A stretch of DNA of 64,000 bases from Bacteroidota bacterium (GCA_030833525.1 JAURGZ010000002.1:3927-67926), one strand, 5' to 3'; shown: positions 18,445-28,199, counted from the first letter of the stretch. Numbers and translations: made by a program. Notes: generated by a model not told the origin, from the letters alone.

Positions 18445-20562
18445 TTAACGCATCAAAAAGACGTTGCCTTTGATGGTGTTGTGGCGCTTCAAATCACCTG
18501 TGATGATGTCATAGCGAAACAGGTATTGATAGAAGCCTTCCATGCAAGGTTCACCATTCGCATTGCCATCCCACTCGAAAGACCCGTTGTCGTTGCTATC
18601 AAACACCTTCTCTCCCCAGCGGTTGTATATGATGAAATACGTGGGGCGCACACCGCGACCGGTGATGGTAAAGGTTTCGTTGCGACCGTCGCCGTTGGGG
18701 GTAAAGGCCGTAGGAATGAACGCATCGCACAGGCCCGATTTGATCGTGACTTGAACCCCGTCTGAAGCCGAACCGCATGGATTGGTCAAGGTCGCTTGGA
18801 AATAGCCGCTGGTGCTGACGTAAATCACCGAATCGGTGCTGCCGTTGTTCCATTGAACCTTCGCGCCGGGCCAACTGGCCTTCAATTGCAACATGGCACC
18901 TTGGCAAATCAAGGTATCTTCGGGCAACTGCACCTTGGGCGAGGTCCCTTCGTAAATCTTAATGGTATCGCGCCATTTGCAGCCGTTGTTGTTCACTTCG
19001 GCCCAATAAAAACCTCCTTTGTTGATGCTGCGAGTGGCTCCTGTAGTAGCATTGTCCCAGGTTACCGTTCCTGTGGCGCCTACGTACAGGGTCATGGATT
19101 TTCCATCGCACACGCTGCTATCCTTACCCAATGAGAATTTGGGAAGGGGAGAAATCGTGATCGACTGCTCGCTCGAGTCGGGGCAAAATGAGTCCTTAAC
19201 CACGTATTTGATTTTTTGCAATCCCGCCACGGTGGGAGAAAAATCAAATCCATTGAAAGAATTGCCGTAGAACTTGCCGTTGGTAGTTTCTGCGGGACTC
19301 AGTGTAATCGCAGGATCCCCCAAGCAAAGAGTGGCGGGAAGACCTGAGAATGAGGGATCGACGTTTCGCTTCACAAAGACCAATACTGTATCAATCGAAC
19401 TGCATCCTTCTGGACTTGAAGCCGCGTGAATGACCGAATAAACCCCGGTGGCGGCGTAGGAATGCGTCACCTTTTTCGCCGTCGAGGTTGTGCCGTCTCC
19501 CAAATTCCAACTGAAAGAACTCAAGCCTGGAAATACGTTATCAAATACAAAACTGTTCGACTTGAAACATTGGATCGAATCGTTGATGGAAATGCCCGAT
19601 GAAGGATCGGGAATCACCCGCACATACATGGAGGTAGTATCGGTACAACCGGTGCGTTTGTTGTCGTAAAGAGTCTCACTTTTATAGCGAATGCGGTACT
19701 TGCCTGGGGCCGGATACACCCTTGTGGGAGTGGGAATGGTCGCACTATCGCCTGGGCCGAAATACCAAGTTCTGATGTATGCCGTTTTGGGCACCTTGGC
19801 CAATTGGGTTTGGTCGTCAAACTTAAACTGATGTCCCACAAAACACTGGGCAGTATCGTTGTTTTGCTCAATGGGAATGGAAACCGGTCTGGGTATGATG
19901 AAAACCGCTTTGGTTGAGGTAAAGTTATCGGTGCAACCCAATGCAGGAGCGGCTAACAGGGTCACCAAGAAGCTACCGCCTTTGGTGTAGACGTGATTGA
20001 CATTTTTACCCGTATCGGTCATACCGTCTTGAAACAACCAAGTGTATTTGATACCGCTGTAAGTGGCCGTGGTTTTGTTGGTAAACTGAACAAAGTTGGT
20101 GTTCTGGCAACTATCGGTATAGGTAAAATCAAAATCCAGAACCAAATTCTGAGTCTTGAAGGTAATGGTCAGATAAGTACTGGTCAGGTAATCGGGAGTA
20201 GCCCCACCGTTGTGTTCATACAGGCGAAACTCGTAGGAAGTGTTCTTCTTCAAGTTGGTGATGTTGACACTGTTGGTAATGTTGTCATACACCACATAAC
20301 TGTTGGTACCCATGTTGGTACCGCTTCCAAAGGCGGCTACCGCTGTGTATTTCGTTCCATCTGAGGGGGTATTGGCTGAACCGCTACCCTCTATCAAAAG
20401 GCCCATTCTCCATGTACCATTTCCCGAAGTCCAAGACAGTTGGGCCGAGGTACAGGTCAAAGTTCCCACCTTGCCGTTGCTGGAAGCAACGGTTGGTTCT
20501 TGTGCCTTTACCGCTGCTGTGGCAAAGAGTGTAAACCAAAGGACTGAAAGGATTTTTTTCAT
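18445..20562 (-). CDS. PKD-repeat protein with T9SS type-B C-terminal sorting domain (gliding-motility-associated CTD)
   Basis: Signal peptide (MKKILSVLWFTLFATAAVKAQ). Repeated GDG/PKD-like modules. C-terminus FTPNGDGRNETF...IYNRWGEKVF...GNVFLMR matches the type-B CTD. ATG at 20562 preferred over the TTG at 20574. Confidence 0.75.
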   Translation of the reverse strand: MKKILSVLWFTLFATAAVKAQEPTVASSNGKVGTLTCTSAQLSWTSGNGTWRMGLLIEGSGSANTPSDGTKYTAVAAFGSGTNMGTNSYVVYDNITNSVNITNLKKNTSYEFRLYEHNGGATPDYLTSTYLTITFKTQNLVLDFDFTYTDSCQNTNFVQFTNKTTATYSGIKYTWLFQDGMTDTGKNVNHVYTKGGSFLVTLLAAPALGCTDNFTSTKAVFIIPRPVSIPIEQNNDTAQCFVGHQFKFDDQTQLAKVPKTAYIRTWYFGPGDSATIPTPTRVYPAPGKYRIRYKSETLYDNKRTGCTDTTSMYVRVIPDPSSGISINDSIQCFKSNSFVFDNVFPGLSSFSWNLGDGTTSTAKKVTHSYAATGVYSVIHAASSPEGCSSIDTVLVFVKRNVDPSFSGLPATLCLGDPAITLSPAETTNGKFYGNSFNGFDFSPTVAGLQKIKYVVKDSFCPDSSEQSITISPLPKFSLGKDSSVCDGKSMTLYVGATGTVTWDNATTGATRSINKGGFYWAEVNNNGCKWRDTIKIYEGTSPKVQLPEDTLICQGAMLQLKASWPGAKVQWNNGSTDSVIYVSTSGYFQATLTNPCGSASDGVQVTIKSGLCDAFIPTAFTPNGDGRNETFTITGRGVRPTYFIIYNRWGEKVFDSNDNGSFEWDGNANGEPCMEGFYQYLFRYDIITGDLKRHNTIKGNVFLMR

Positions 20563-20572
20563 TGGGCTTCGC

Positions 20573-20580
20573 AAAGGTAC
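20573..20580 (-). promoter_or_regulatory. -7 promoter box TACCTTTG, 10 nt upstream of the type-B CTD gene's ATG
   Basis: Minus strand reads GTACCTTTGCGaagcccaATG. Confidence 0.4.
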
Positions 20581-20705
20581 TCAATTAGACACAAATCCTT
20601 CTCCCCTCGTGGCCTATACCCTAGACATTTGACACGAGACAATCTGCGGTGGTATGGATAACTTGGTTTGCGTGAACACCGAGCAGCCCTCAATTTTGAT
20701 ACTGT

Positions 20706-21608
20706 ATGCAAACCCCTACCAGCAAACGCAGAAAACCCAACGGTTGGCCTAGTATATTGAGCTTGACTTCTGTCTTATTCCTTTTGGGCTTGGTGGGTTT
20801 CAGCATTTTGGGATTTCAGGGCCTTTCTGAACGACTGGTTGAAAGCAGCAGCATTGATGTGTATTTCGATGAAAGCAGCAGCCAAGATGACATTGCAGAA
20901 TTTCAACGTTCCTTGGAGCGTGAAACCTGGGTCAAATCGACCAAATTCATTAGCCGCGAAGAGGGATTGCGCCAAATGGGCGAAAAATTTGACACGGAAC
21001 TGATGACCTATGCCGAAAGCGTCAACCTTCCCCTCAGCGTTGAAGTATATCCCAAAGCGGAATTCGCTCAGCCCAACATTTTGTCGGCCAAGGTGCGGGA
21101 ATTGAGGCGTCGTGCCGGCGTAGAAGATGTGCTATACCAGAAGGTTTGGGTCGAACAAATGGCTCAAAATATCAAGCGAATTCAGTTGGGCTTGTTGGTG
21201 CTTGCCATACTCATGACCCTGGTTTCAGCCGGCTTGATCCAAAGCGCAACCCGCTTGGGAATCTATTCCAATCGATTCATTATCAAAAGCATGCAGCTAG
21301 TAGGTGCCACCAATGCCTTCATCGTAAGACCCTTCGTATGGCGCTTCATTCAATATGCTTTGGCTGCCTTTCCCTTGGCTGCAGGGCTGTTGTGGGGCAT
21401 CATTTATGGCATTCCCAGCTTGGACCCCGCCGGTTTATTGAGCGGGCAAGCCGCTTCCTTGTTGGCTGACTTTAATCGTCACATCGTGCCTTGGCAGGCT
21501 GCGGCCATGCTCAGTGCGGTTGGACTATTCGGCATTCTATTGGCCGGGCTTGGCTCTTGGATCAGTACGCGCAAGTATTTGAAGGCAAAAATTGAAAATC
21601 TGTATTGA
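20706..21608 (+). CDS. ftsX: Cell division protein FtsX (permease-like)
   Basis: About 300 aa. N-terminal TM, periplasmic domain and three C-terminal TMs. Conserved ftsX-DUF3098-uppP synteny. Confidence 0.8.
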   Translation: MQTPTSKRRKPNGWPSILSLTSVLFLLGLVGFSILGFQGLSERLVESSSIDVYFDESSSQDDIAEFQRSLERETWVKSTKFISREEGLRQMGEKFDTELMTYAESVNLPLSVEVYPKAEFAQPNILSAKVRELRRRAGVEDVLYQKVWVEQMAQNIKRIQLGLLVLAILMTLVSAGLIQSATRLGIYSNRFIIKSMQLVGATNAFIVRPFVWRFIQYALAAFPLAAGLLWGIIYGIPSLDPAGLLSGQAASLLADFNRHIVPWQAAAMLSAVGLFGILLAGLGSWISTRKYLKAKIENLY

Positions 21609-21646
21609 ATCCTGCCCTCATTTGTTCAAATTTGCAAGCAAACCCT

Positions 21647-21844
21647 ATGAAACAAACGGTATTTACAAAAAAGAATTACATGCTCACCGGCTTGGCATTG
21701 GCCGTAGTCGTGATTGGATTCGTTCTCATGACTGGAACCGAAGGTGACATCTACGATTTTCGCCGCACCACGCTTGCGCCAATCGTCGTTTTGGCTGGAT
21801 TTGGGTTGGGCATTTACGCCATTTTTCACAAAGACAAAGGTTAA
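21647..21844 (+). CDS. Small two-TM membrane protein (DUF3098-like)
   Basis: 65 aa with two hydrophobic helices. Sits between ftsX and uppP, as is usual for Bacteroidota DUF3098. ATG at 21647 preferred over the ORF-track start at 21605. Confidence 0.55.
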   Translation: MKQTVFTKKNYMLTGLALAVVVIGFVLMTGTEGDIYDFRRTTLAPIVVLAGFGLGIYAIFHKDKG

Positions 21845-21847
21845 GCC

Positions 21848-22615
21848 ATGACCTGGCTCGAAAACGTAGGCCTTTCCATTTTGGAAGGCATTACCGAGTT
21901 TTTACCCGTTTCTAGTACCGGCCATCTGATGATGGGCAGCCAATTGTTGGGTTTGGAAGCTGAATCGGTCGACACCTACATCATCAGCATTCAATTTGGG
22001 GCCATTGCTTCGGTGGTTCTGCTGTATTGGGAGCGTTTTTTTGGTCCCAAAGCTTGGCATTTATACACCCGTTTGCTGGCCGGTTTTATCCCGGCTGCCA
22101 TCTTAGGATTGGCCTTTGATGACCTACTGGAGCAACTGCTGCAAACCCCGGCAGTGGTCGGCATCATGCTCATCAGCGTGGGTGTGTTTTTGGTATTCTT
22201 AGACCGCTTGCTTCCCGGTGGTGAGCGCAACCTCGATGAACTATCACACAAAGATGCCGTCATCGTAGGTTTGGTTCAGTGCTTGGCTATGATTCCCGGG
22301 GTCAGCCGCAGCGCCGCTACCATCGCCGGTGGTTTGGGTTGCCGCCTCAGCAAAAAGGCCGCCATGGAGTTCAGCTTCTTATTGGCGGTACCGACCCTGA
22401 GTGCTGCAGGGCTTTATAAGCTGCTCAAGAATTGGGATGCACTCTCGTCTGACGAATTGGTTGATATCGCCTTGGGCAACGTCTTGAGTTTTGCCACAGC
22501 CTTATTCGCCATTCGATTCTTTTTGAAATGGGTAGAACACCGAGGCTTTGCCTTTTTCGGTTTTTACCGAATTGTTGTAGGCGCAGCATTTTTGCTGTAT
22601 CTCGCTTACTTATGA
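21848..22615 (+). CDS. uppP: Undecaprenyl-diphosphatase
   Basis: BacA/UppP motifs (EFLPVSSTGHLM, PGVSRSAATI). 8-TM protein of about 255 aa. Confidence 0.9.
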   Translation: MTWLENVGLSILEGITEFLPVSSTGHLMMGSQLLGLEAESVDTYIISIQFGAIASVVLLYWERFFGPKAWHLYTRLLAGFIPAAILGLAFDDLLEQLLQTPAVVGIMLISVGVFLVFLDRLLPGGERNLDELSHKDAVIVGLVQCLAMIPGVSRSAATIAGGLGCRLSKKAAMEFSFLLAVPTLSAAGLYKLLKNWDALSSDELVDIALGNVLSFATALFAIRFFLKWVEHRGFAFFGFYRIVVGAAFLLYLAYL

Positions 22616-23262
22616 AGAAAATCTTCTGGACCGTTTGCCTCGGCGCTTGGCTATCTATGGGTCAGGGTCAATCACTCAAACTCGCACGGCTGCAGTACGG
22701 CGGCGGCGGGGATTGGTACAGTTCTCGAACCGCTCTGCCCAACCTCAGTCGTTTTTGCAACCAACACCTGAATACCGCCTTTTCCAACCAAGAAGCCGTG
22801 GTTTCTGTAGGCAGCAGTGACCTATTTCAATATCCCTTTTTGTTCTTAACCGGCCATGGAAATCTGGTATTCAGCGCCAGTGAGGCCGATAACCTAAGGC
22901 AATACCTCCTCTCTGGGGGATTCCTTCACATTTGCGACAATTACGGGTTGGATGCCTTTGTTCGCCGCGAAATGAAAAAGGTATTCCCCGAATTGGAATT
23001 TCGCCTGGTGCCTTTTTCTCACCCCATTTACCAAGGCCCCTACTCTTTCCCCAAAGGCTTGCCGAAAGTGCATGAACACGATGGCAAAGCTCCCCAAGGT
23101 TGGGGCCTATTTTGGGAAGACCGCATGGTCTGCTTTTACGATTATCAATGCGATTTAGGCAACGGATGGGAAGACCCTGAAGTATATGATGACCCCGAAA
23201 CGGTTCGCCGCCAAGCCTTGCAAATGGGAGCCAACTTGGTCCACTATGCATTGAGTCAATAA
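22612..23262 (+). CDS. Hypothetical secreted protein (DUF4159-like)
   Basis: ATG overlaps the uppP TGA (ATGA). Signal peptide. My family recall is approximate. Confidence 0.6.
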   Translation: MKKIFWTVCLGAWLSMGQGQSLKLARLQYGGGGDWYSSRTALPNLSRFCNQHLNTAFSNQEAVVSVGSSDLFQYPFLFLTGHGNLVFSASEADNLRQYLLSGGFLHICDNYGLDAFVRREMKKVFPELEFRLVPFSHPIYQGPYSFPKGLPKVHEHDGKAPQGWGLFWEDRMVCFYDYQCDLGNGWEDPEVYDDPETVRRQALQMGANLVHYALSQ

Positions 23263-23288
23263 AAAAGGGGCCGAAGCCCCTTTTTTTA
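23261..23288 (+). terminator. Rho-independent terminator, bidirectional (AAAAAA-GGGGC-cgaa-GCCCC-TTTTTTT)
   Basis: Stem 23267-23271/23276-23280 flanked by A6 and T7. Lies between convergent genes ending at 23262 (+) and 23295 (-). Confidence 0.6.
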
Positions 23289-23294
23289 AATGCC

Positions 23295-24611
23295 TTATCG
23301 AACTTCTCGAATCCAGACTTGCGGCACTAAACCCTCGAAGTAGTACATGCTCTTGTTGGCGTCTTTCTCAGAGCCAAAGTGCTTCACAAATACATAGAAG
23401 CTCTTGTTCTTTGGATCGTACATTTTGTAAGCAATGACATCTTTCTCGTACAAATCTTTGATTTGTTTATTGGCCTTGGCTTCGCTGCTGTGCAAGCCCA
23501 CGACCAAATAGAATCCAGGAGCTGAAGCTACTTTTTCCAAATCAGGCAATTGAATGCCGCTGGTATCGTATCCCAAACCGAAGTTTTCCAAATCTTCCAG
23601 ACTGCGAATCACCGCTTCTTTGCGTACAGCAGCCCCGCCAATTCCCTGATCTTCGTCTAAAGAACCAGAACCTGAACCGTCGCCACTGCCATCGCCGCGA
23701 ACACCGCCGCCCAAAGCCGCAAAGCCCAAGTTCAATTGAAACTCATGCGAGGGGCCCAAGGCTAAGCGAGAAGCCCCACTGGGCGTATTGTACGAATAGC
23801 TAAACTGCATATCGTCTTGGGGTTTGAAGCCCAGATTCGCGCCAATTTGGCCCAAGTTGTTGGCCCCTGCGCCAAACCAGAACATATCTTGGTACCACAA
23901 GCTCACGTTACCTTGAAACAGGTAATAGCTCCAATCGTACGCGTATACATGCAAAGCGGGCTTCAACAACATTTCTGAACCCACCTCAGCTTGGAAACCC
24001 ACCAAGAAATTAGCCTGGGATTGCATATCGTAAGCGGCCGTATAGTTGTAATATGAATAATCAAAGGTGGGCTTAGGCAAACGCGACAAAGAAGCACCTG
24101 CAAACCAATTATCTCCCTTGGCATACATAGAGGCGCGCAGGTCAGCGCGAGTCACAGCCGGTGAAAAGATCAAGGCCTTGATGATAGGGTCATTGTCGTG
24201 CACATAAATCGCCTTAGAGGGGTCAAAGCTCTGGCGCAAGGCACCCACGCTGACTCCCAAAGAAAGGTCGGCAGCATTGCCCAACCCGATGGTATAGGCA
24301 TAGGTGGCATAGGTGTTGTGTGTCTCGGCAAAGCCGTAACGTTCACGCATGTAATAAATGCCAAAGCCTGTATTCTTAGAAGCCATGGGCATGTTGACAT
24401 TCATGACACTGTGCTGGGGGCTTCCGGGCACGTCGGAGAACATTTTGTTGTGAAACAGACTCAAGCCGCCCATTTCCATGTTTCCAACCGCTGCTGGAAT
24501 GATCGAAGCGTGATCCATGTAAAACTGATCCAAGCGAACTCCCATTTGGGCGTTCAAGGGAAGGCCAAGCGCCAAACCCATCAAAGCAATTGTGATTTTT
24601 TTCATGTTCAT
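23295..24611 (-). CDS. PorP/SprF-family T9SS outer membrane protein with a C-terminal SPOR-like peptidoglycan-binding domain
   Basis: N-terminal PorP/SprF-like beta-barrel region (MKKITIALMGLALGLPLNAQMGVRLDQFYMD...). Then a Gly/Ser/Asp linker (GGGVRGDGSGDGSGSGS) and a C-terminal ~75-aa region (GFYLVVGLHSSEAKANKQIKDLYEKDVIAYKMYDPKNKSFYVFVKHFGSEKDANK) resembling SPOR. Confidence 0.65.
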   Translation of the reverse strand: MNMKKITIALMGLALGLPLNAQMGVRLDQFYMDHASIIPAAVGNMEMGGLSLFHNKMFSDVPGSPQHSVMNVNMPMASKNTGFGIYYMRERYGFAETHNTYATYAYTIGLGNAADLSLGVSVGALRQSFDPSKAIYVHDNDPIIKALIFSPAVTRADLRASMYAKGDNWFAGASLSRLPKPTFDYSYYNYTAAYDMQSQANFLVGFQAEVGSEMLLKPALHVYAYDWSYYLFQGNVSLWYQDMFWFGAGANNLGQIGANLGFKPQDDMQFSYSYNTPSGASRLALGPSHEFQLNLGFAALGGGVRGDGSGDGSGSGSLDEDQGIGGAAVRKEAVIRSLEDLENFGLGYDTSGIQLPDLEKVASAPGFYLVVGLHSSEAKANKQIKDLYEKDVIAYKMYDPKNKSFYVFVKHFGSEKDANKSMYYFEGLVPQVWIREVR

Positions 24612-24616
24612 GGGTA

Positions 24617-27600
24617 TTAGCGAATGACTTGGATATAACCGCGGAACTGTTCTCCCGTAAATCGGTTTTTCATGTAGTAGAAATAAATACCATCAGGCAA
24701 AGTCTCACCGTTCATATCAACGGCAGACCAATCGTTTTGGTAATTGGAACTCTGGTAAATCAACTTGCCCTGACGATCGTGAATGTCAATGTCGTACAAG
24801 AACAAGTCTGCCAATTCGATCAAATCCCAAGCGTCGTTCTGACCGTCATTATTGGGCGTAATCAAATTCGGGATTTTCAAGATGGGAGGATCAATGACGG
24901 TCACCAATACAGAGTCGATGTCTGCGCATCCGTTGGAGTCCAAACTATTCAAGTAATACATGGTGGTAGACAAGGGTCTAGCCGTAACCACTGCTTGAGT
25001 GGAGTCATCCAAAGTATTTCCAGGAGACCAAGTAAAGTTCGTTGCCCCACTTGACCACAAAGTGGCGTATTTGCCGCGGTAAATGGTCGTGTCGCTGTAA
25101 GCATTCACTTGTGCGGGCGGGAAAGCCAAAATTTGAACCGAATCTTCGGTGTAACATACAGCACCGACCGAGTAAGCCCTCACTTTGTACCAGCCTTTGT
25201 TGTAGAAACTGCGCACACGCGCCACACTGCTGTCTTTGAGCCAACTAATGCTGTCTCCTCCAATGACCGTCACTTCCAAACTATCGCCTTTGCACAGCGG
25301 TAGCGATCCGTTGTACGAGAAGCTCAAGTCGGGCTTCTGAATGAAGCTCAAGCTTTGGCGAGCGGTATCTGAGCATCCGGCGTCGCTCGTCAACACATAG
25401 GTCACGTCAATAGGACCTACGTTATCGATGTACACCACGGGGCTATCGAGAGACGAAACGGTTCCATTTCCAAAATCCCACAACTTGTAGATGATGGGAT
25501 CTACAGAAGTGCTAGCTGTGTCGTAAAAGTAAATGCTATCGGGAACGCAGATGCCTTCAGTATAGAATTGGGCCACAGGCGAATTTGCCACGGTGTAGGT
25601 TCTGAACATGCTGTCGGCGCAGCCGTGTATGTTTTGAGCAAACAGACGCAGGGTGTAAGTACCGGCAGCCGGGAAAATGTGATCGGTAGAAGTGGCCGGC
25701 AATTCGGTGGTTCCATCGCCAAAATCCCAAGAGGTAAAGCTCATGGTGTCATCAGCATCAAACAATTCTTCTTTGACAAAATAGAAATGGTTCTCATTGA
25801 AACACTGGGTTGAATCGTTAGGCGTCACCAAGGGATCTAAAAAGAAACTCACCTTAGGCAGGTAATATACCCGAATTTGCTCTACCGCTGAGTCTTTGCA
25901 GCCCTCGTTTGAGGTCGCAATCAAGGTCACATCGTGGGCACCAGGGGTATTGAAACCCTTCTTCACCATGGTATCAATGTACTGGGGAGGTGTTTGGTCA
26001 ATGACCCAGTTGTAGATGATTTGGTTGTCGGGAATGGTGGTTGATTTTTTGCGGCGCATGACCGTAGTATCGCCCAAACAAACCTGCTTGGTTGTAAAAG
26101 AAGGCTGAGGTTTTGGATGCACTTTGATCCAATAAGAAGCTGTGTCTTCGCAACCGTCTGTCGTAATGACCTTCAAGGTCGCCTTGTAGGTACCGACTGC
26201 GGCATATTGGTGCGTGGTATTGGGGTAAGTTGAATCGTTGGCAGAGAAATCACCGAAGTTCCACACGTAAATATCGGCTACGGTGTTCTTCAAGTTTGTC
26301 TGATCGTTCGTATTGGTTACCTCGTCCAAGCAGGTGTGGCTGAGGGTAAATTTGGCATCGGGAATGGCATTCACCGTATGGTAGTACTCGGTTGAATCGA
26401 CGCAGCCAAAATCAGAAGTTACCTTCAATTTGATGATGTACACACCGGGTGACGGGTATTTGTAAGCGATGTTTTTATTCAGGTTGTTGGTGATGTTACC
26501 CGTTAGCTTGGGGCTTCCATCTCCACGATCCCATTCCCATGTCTTCACTTTGTCTGGCGCGGGATCTTGAGTGCCGTTGGAATAGAAAGACGTTTTACCA
26601 AAGCAAATGGGATCGCCTCCCGGAGGGAAGTTGATCGCCGGCGCGGGCAAGGAATGCACCAAGTAATCCAAACTATCAATGGCTTTGCAACCCAAGGCAG
26701 TGGTGCGAGTCAAATAAATCTTGTAGTTGCCACCGGCGGCATAAATGTGATTGATGGTTTGAGCAGTCGAAGTGGTCAAATCACCCAAATCCCATTTGCG
26801 CGAGAAAATACTTTCGGGCGAAGGGGGCGTATACGTATCGATGAACAAGGAGGTATCGCCTACGCAAACTCCATTGGTATAGATGTTTTTGTTGAACATC
26901 ACCGTGGGCAATACACCCACGCGAAGGTTGTAGCTAAAGGTATCTTCATCGGTGCTATTGCCTACAATCAAGGTGACGGTATAGTTGCCATAGGCAGCAT
27001 ACTTGCGAAAAATCTTAGCTGGAATACCGGTATTGGTATAAGTCAAGGTATTGCCATCGCCGAAGCTCCATTTCCAATATGTAATGGGAGAAGCGGTACT
27101 CTTCGACAAATCGGTAAAGAAAAATGTATCGCGCTCGCAACGACCCTTGGCCAATTCAAACTTGGAAAACGCATTGGTACTTCCCAATACGTTGACGCCG
27201 TTCTTGACGTTGGCCAGAACAAAAGTCATTTGGGTTTGAAAGGTATTGGTCGCAATTTGGCCTTTTCGATTGGCAGATCCCATGCCGCCGAGATCCACCC
27301 AAGAACCGGCAGGAGCATGACCTAAAATGCGTAAAAAGTTTGCCTCGTATACTTGGTCGTCAGCGGTCACAGAATCATATGAGGCCGTCAACTCAAAATT
27401 GTTTGACGTCCCTGTGGGCAACAATCCCAATTCCCAATAGTGGACCTTTGAAATGTTGCGAATGCCCGTGGGCAATGCCCCTCCCGTTGATGGACCTCCA
27501 CTTTTCACTTCCATGCGGTAGTAAACCAAGCCACTCACCGTCTTATTGAAATTGAGCTGCGTATAGCGGTAGTCTTGGTTGACTCCAATGGGAAAATCCA

Positions 27601-28105
27601 AACTGGTAGCACCGCTGGTCAAACCGATCCAAAGGGCTCCTTTGACAAAACTATTCTTGCTGCCACCCAAGCGCTGAGCACCCGCCATGGTGCGAAAGGC
27701 TTTAGAACCCGTGGTGCTAATGTGGCCCAAGGTCAATTCCAAGGTGTCTTTCACATCGAGGGTATCGCCCGAAACCGTCAAGGTTACACCCGAACCATTC
27801 ATGTGCAAGCTGCGCACTTGAACATTGCTCGAACCGCTGCTGCTCACGGCAAACTCGAGCGACTTGCTCAGGGTAATGGTTTCAGAATAAACTCCGTTGG
27901 AAATGTTAATGACATCGCCAGAAGATGCGATGGCCATGGCTGCATTGATGGTCTTTTTGGGGCCGGTAGTTCCACTGACAAAAGTGGCCGAGGTCCCATC
28001 ATAAGAATCGCTTCCAGAGGTGGAAACATACCATGATGCCCCGAATACCGAGGAGGCTCCCACCCAGCTCAAAAACAAGGCGAGAATTCTAAGTTTTATA
28101 TTCAT
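24617..28105 (-). CDS. Large cell-surface adhesin-like protein with tandem PKD domains and T9SS type-B C-terminal sorting domain
   Basis: 1162 aa. Signal peptide. N-terminal beta-helix-like region (SGDVINISNGVYSETITL). Repeated WxFGDGxT PKD motifs. C-terminus ITPNNDGQNDAW...IYQSSNYQNDWS...GYIQVIR matches the type-B CTD. Immediately upstream of PorP/SprF. Confidence 0.75.
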   Translation of the reverse strand: MNIKLRILALFLSWVGASSVFGASWYVSTSGSDSYDGTSATFVSGTTGPKKTINAAMAIASSGDVINISNGVYSETITLSKSLEFAVSSSGSSNVQVRSLHMNGSGVTLTVSGDTLDVKDTLELTLGHISTTGSKAFRTMAGAQRLGGSKNSFVKGALWIGLTSGATSLDFPIGVNQDYRYTQLNFNKTVSGLVYYRMEVKSGGPSTGGALPTGIRNISKVHYWELGLLPTGTSNNFELTASYDSVTADDQVYEANFLRILGHAPAGSWVDLGGMGSANRKGQIATNTFQTQMTFVLANVKNGVNVLGSTNAFSKFELAKGRCERDTFFFTDLSKSTASPITYWKWSFGDGNTLTYTNTGIPAKIFRKYAAYGNYTVTLIVGNSTDEDTFSYNLRVGVLPTVMFNKNIYTNGVCVGDTSLFIDTYTPPSPESIFSRKWDLGDLTTSTAQTINHIYAAGGNYKIYLTRTTALGCKAIDSLDYLVHSLPAPAINFPPGGDPICFGKTSFYSNGTQDPAPDKVKTWEWDRGDGSPKLTGNITNNLNKNIAYKYPSPGVYIIKLKVTSDFGCVDSTEYYHTVNAIPDAKFTLSHTCLDEVTNTNDQTNLKNTVADIYVWNFGDFSANDSTYPNTTHQYAAVGTYKATLKVITTDGCEDTASYWIKVHPKPQPSFTTKQVCLGDTTVMRRKKSTTIPDNQIIYNWVIDQTPPQYIDTMVKKGFNTPGAHDVTLIATSNEGCKDSAVEQIRVYYLPKVSFFLDPLVTPNDSTQCFNENHFYFVKEELFDADDTMSFTSWDFGDGTTELPATSTDHIFPAAGTYTLRLFAQNIHGCADSMFRTYTVANSPVAQFYTEGICVPDSIYFYDTASTSVDPIIYKLWDFGNGTVSSLDSPVVYIDNVGPIDVTYVLTSDAGCSDTARQSLSFIQKPDLSFSYNGSLPLCKGDSLEVTVIGGDSISWLKDSSVARVRSFYNKGWYKVRAYSVGAVCYTEDSVQILAFPPAQVNAYSDTTIYRGKYATLWSSGATNFTWSPGNTLDDSTQAVVTARPLSTTMYYLNSLDSNGCADIDSVLVTVIDPPILKIPNLITPNNDGQNDAWDLIELADLFLYDIDIHDRQGKLIYQSSNYQNDWSAVDMNGETLPDGIYFYYMKNRFTGEQFRGYIQVIR

Positions 28106-28116
28106 TGGAATGGATT

Positions 28117-28199
28117 CAATTAAAAACGCTGCGTTTTGCTAACGAATTTACTGCCATAAAGACAATTAAAAACAGGTTTGCGTTGCAAACGAGCAAAAC
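28117..28199 (-). promoter_or_regulatory. Repeat-rich upstream region of the adhesin gene: two direct repeats, a 6-3-6 palindrome and an 8-bp inverted repeat
   Basis: Direct repeat CAATTAAAAAC at 28117-28127 and 28163-28173 (46-bp spacing), each followed by G(T)TTTGC. Palindrome GTTTGC-gtt-GCAAAC at 28176-28190. Inverted repeat GTTTTGCT (28133-28140) / AGCAAAAC (28192-28199). All within 12-95 nt of the start codon at 28105. Confidence 0.4.

Noticed and set aside
18428-18446. Hairpin CCGAT-tta-ATCGG followed by TTTTT on the plus strand, just past the 3' end of the type-B CTD gene
   Set aside because: The T-run is on the plus strand, but no plus-strand gene lies upstream. On the minus strand, the orientation of the CTD gene, the hairpin is followed by an A-rich tract. 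So it is not a convincing intrinsic terminator for either neighbour.
28133-28199. 8-bp inverted repeats flanking about 52 bp upstream of the adhesin gene, as an invertible (phase-variable) promoter
   Set aside because: The inverted repeats are only 8 bp and the enclosed segment about 52 bp. Known invertible promoters have IRs of 10 bp or more flanking a 150-350 bp segment, and an adjacent recombinase gene. No recombinase is nearby. Kept as a possible operator instead.
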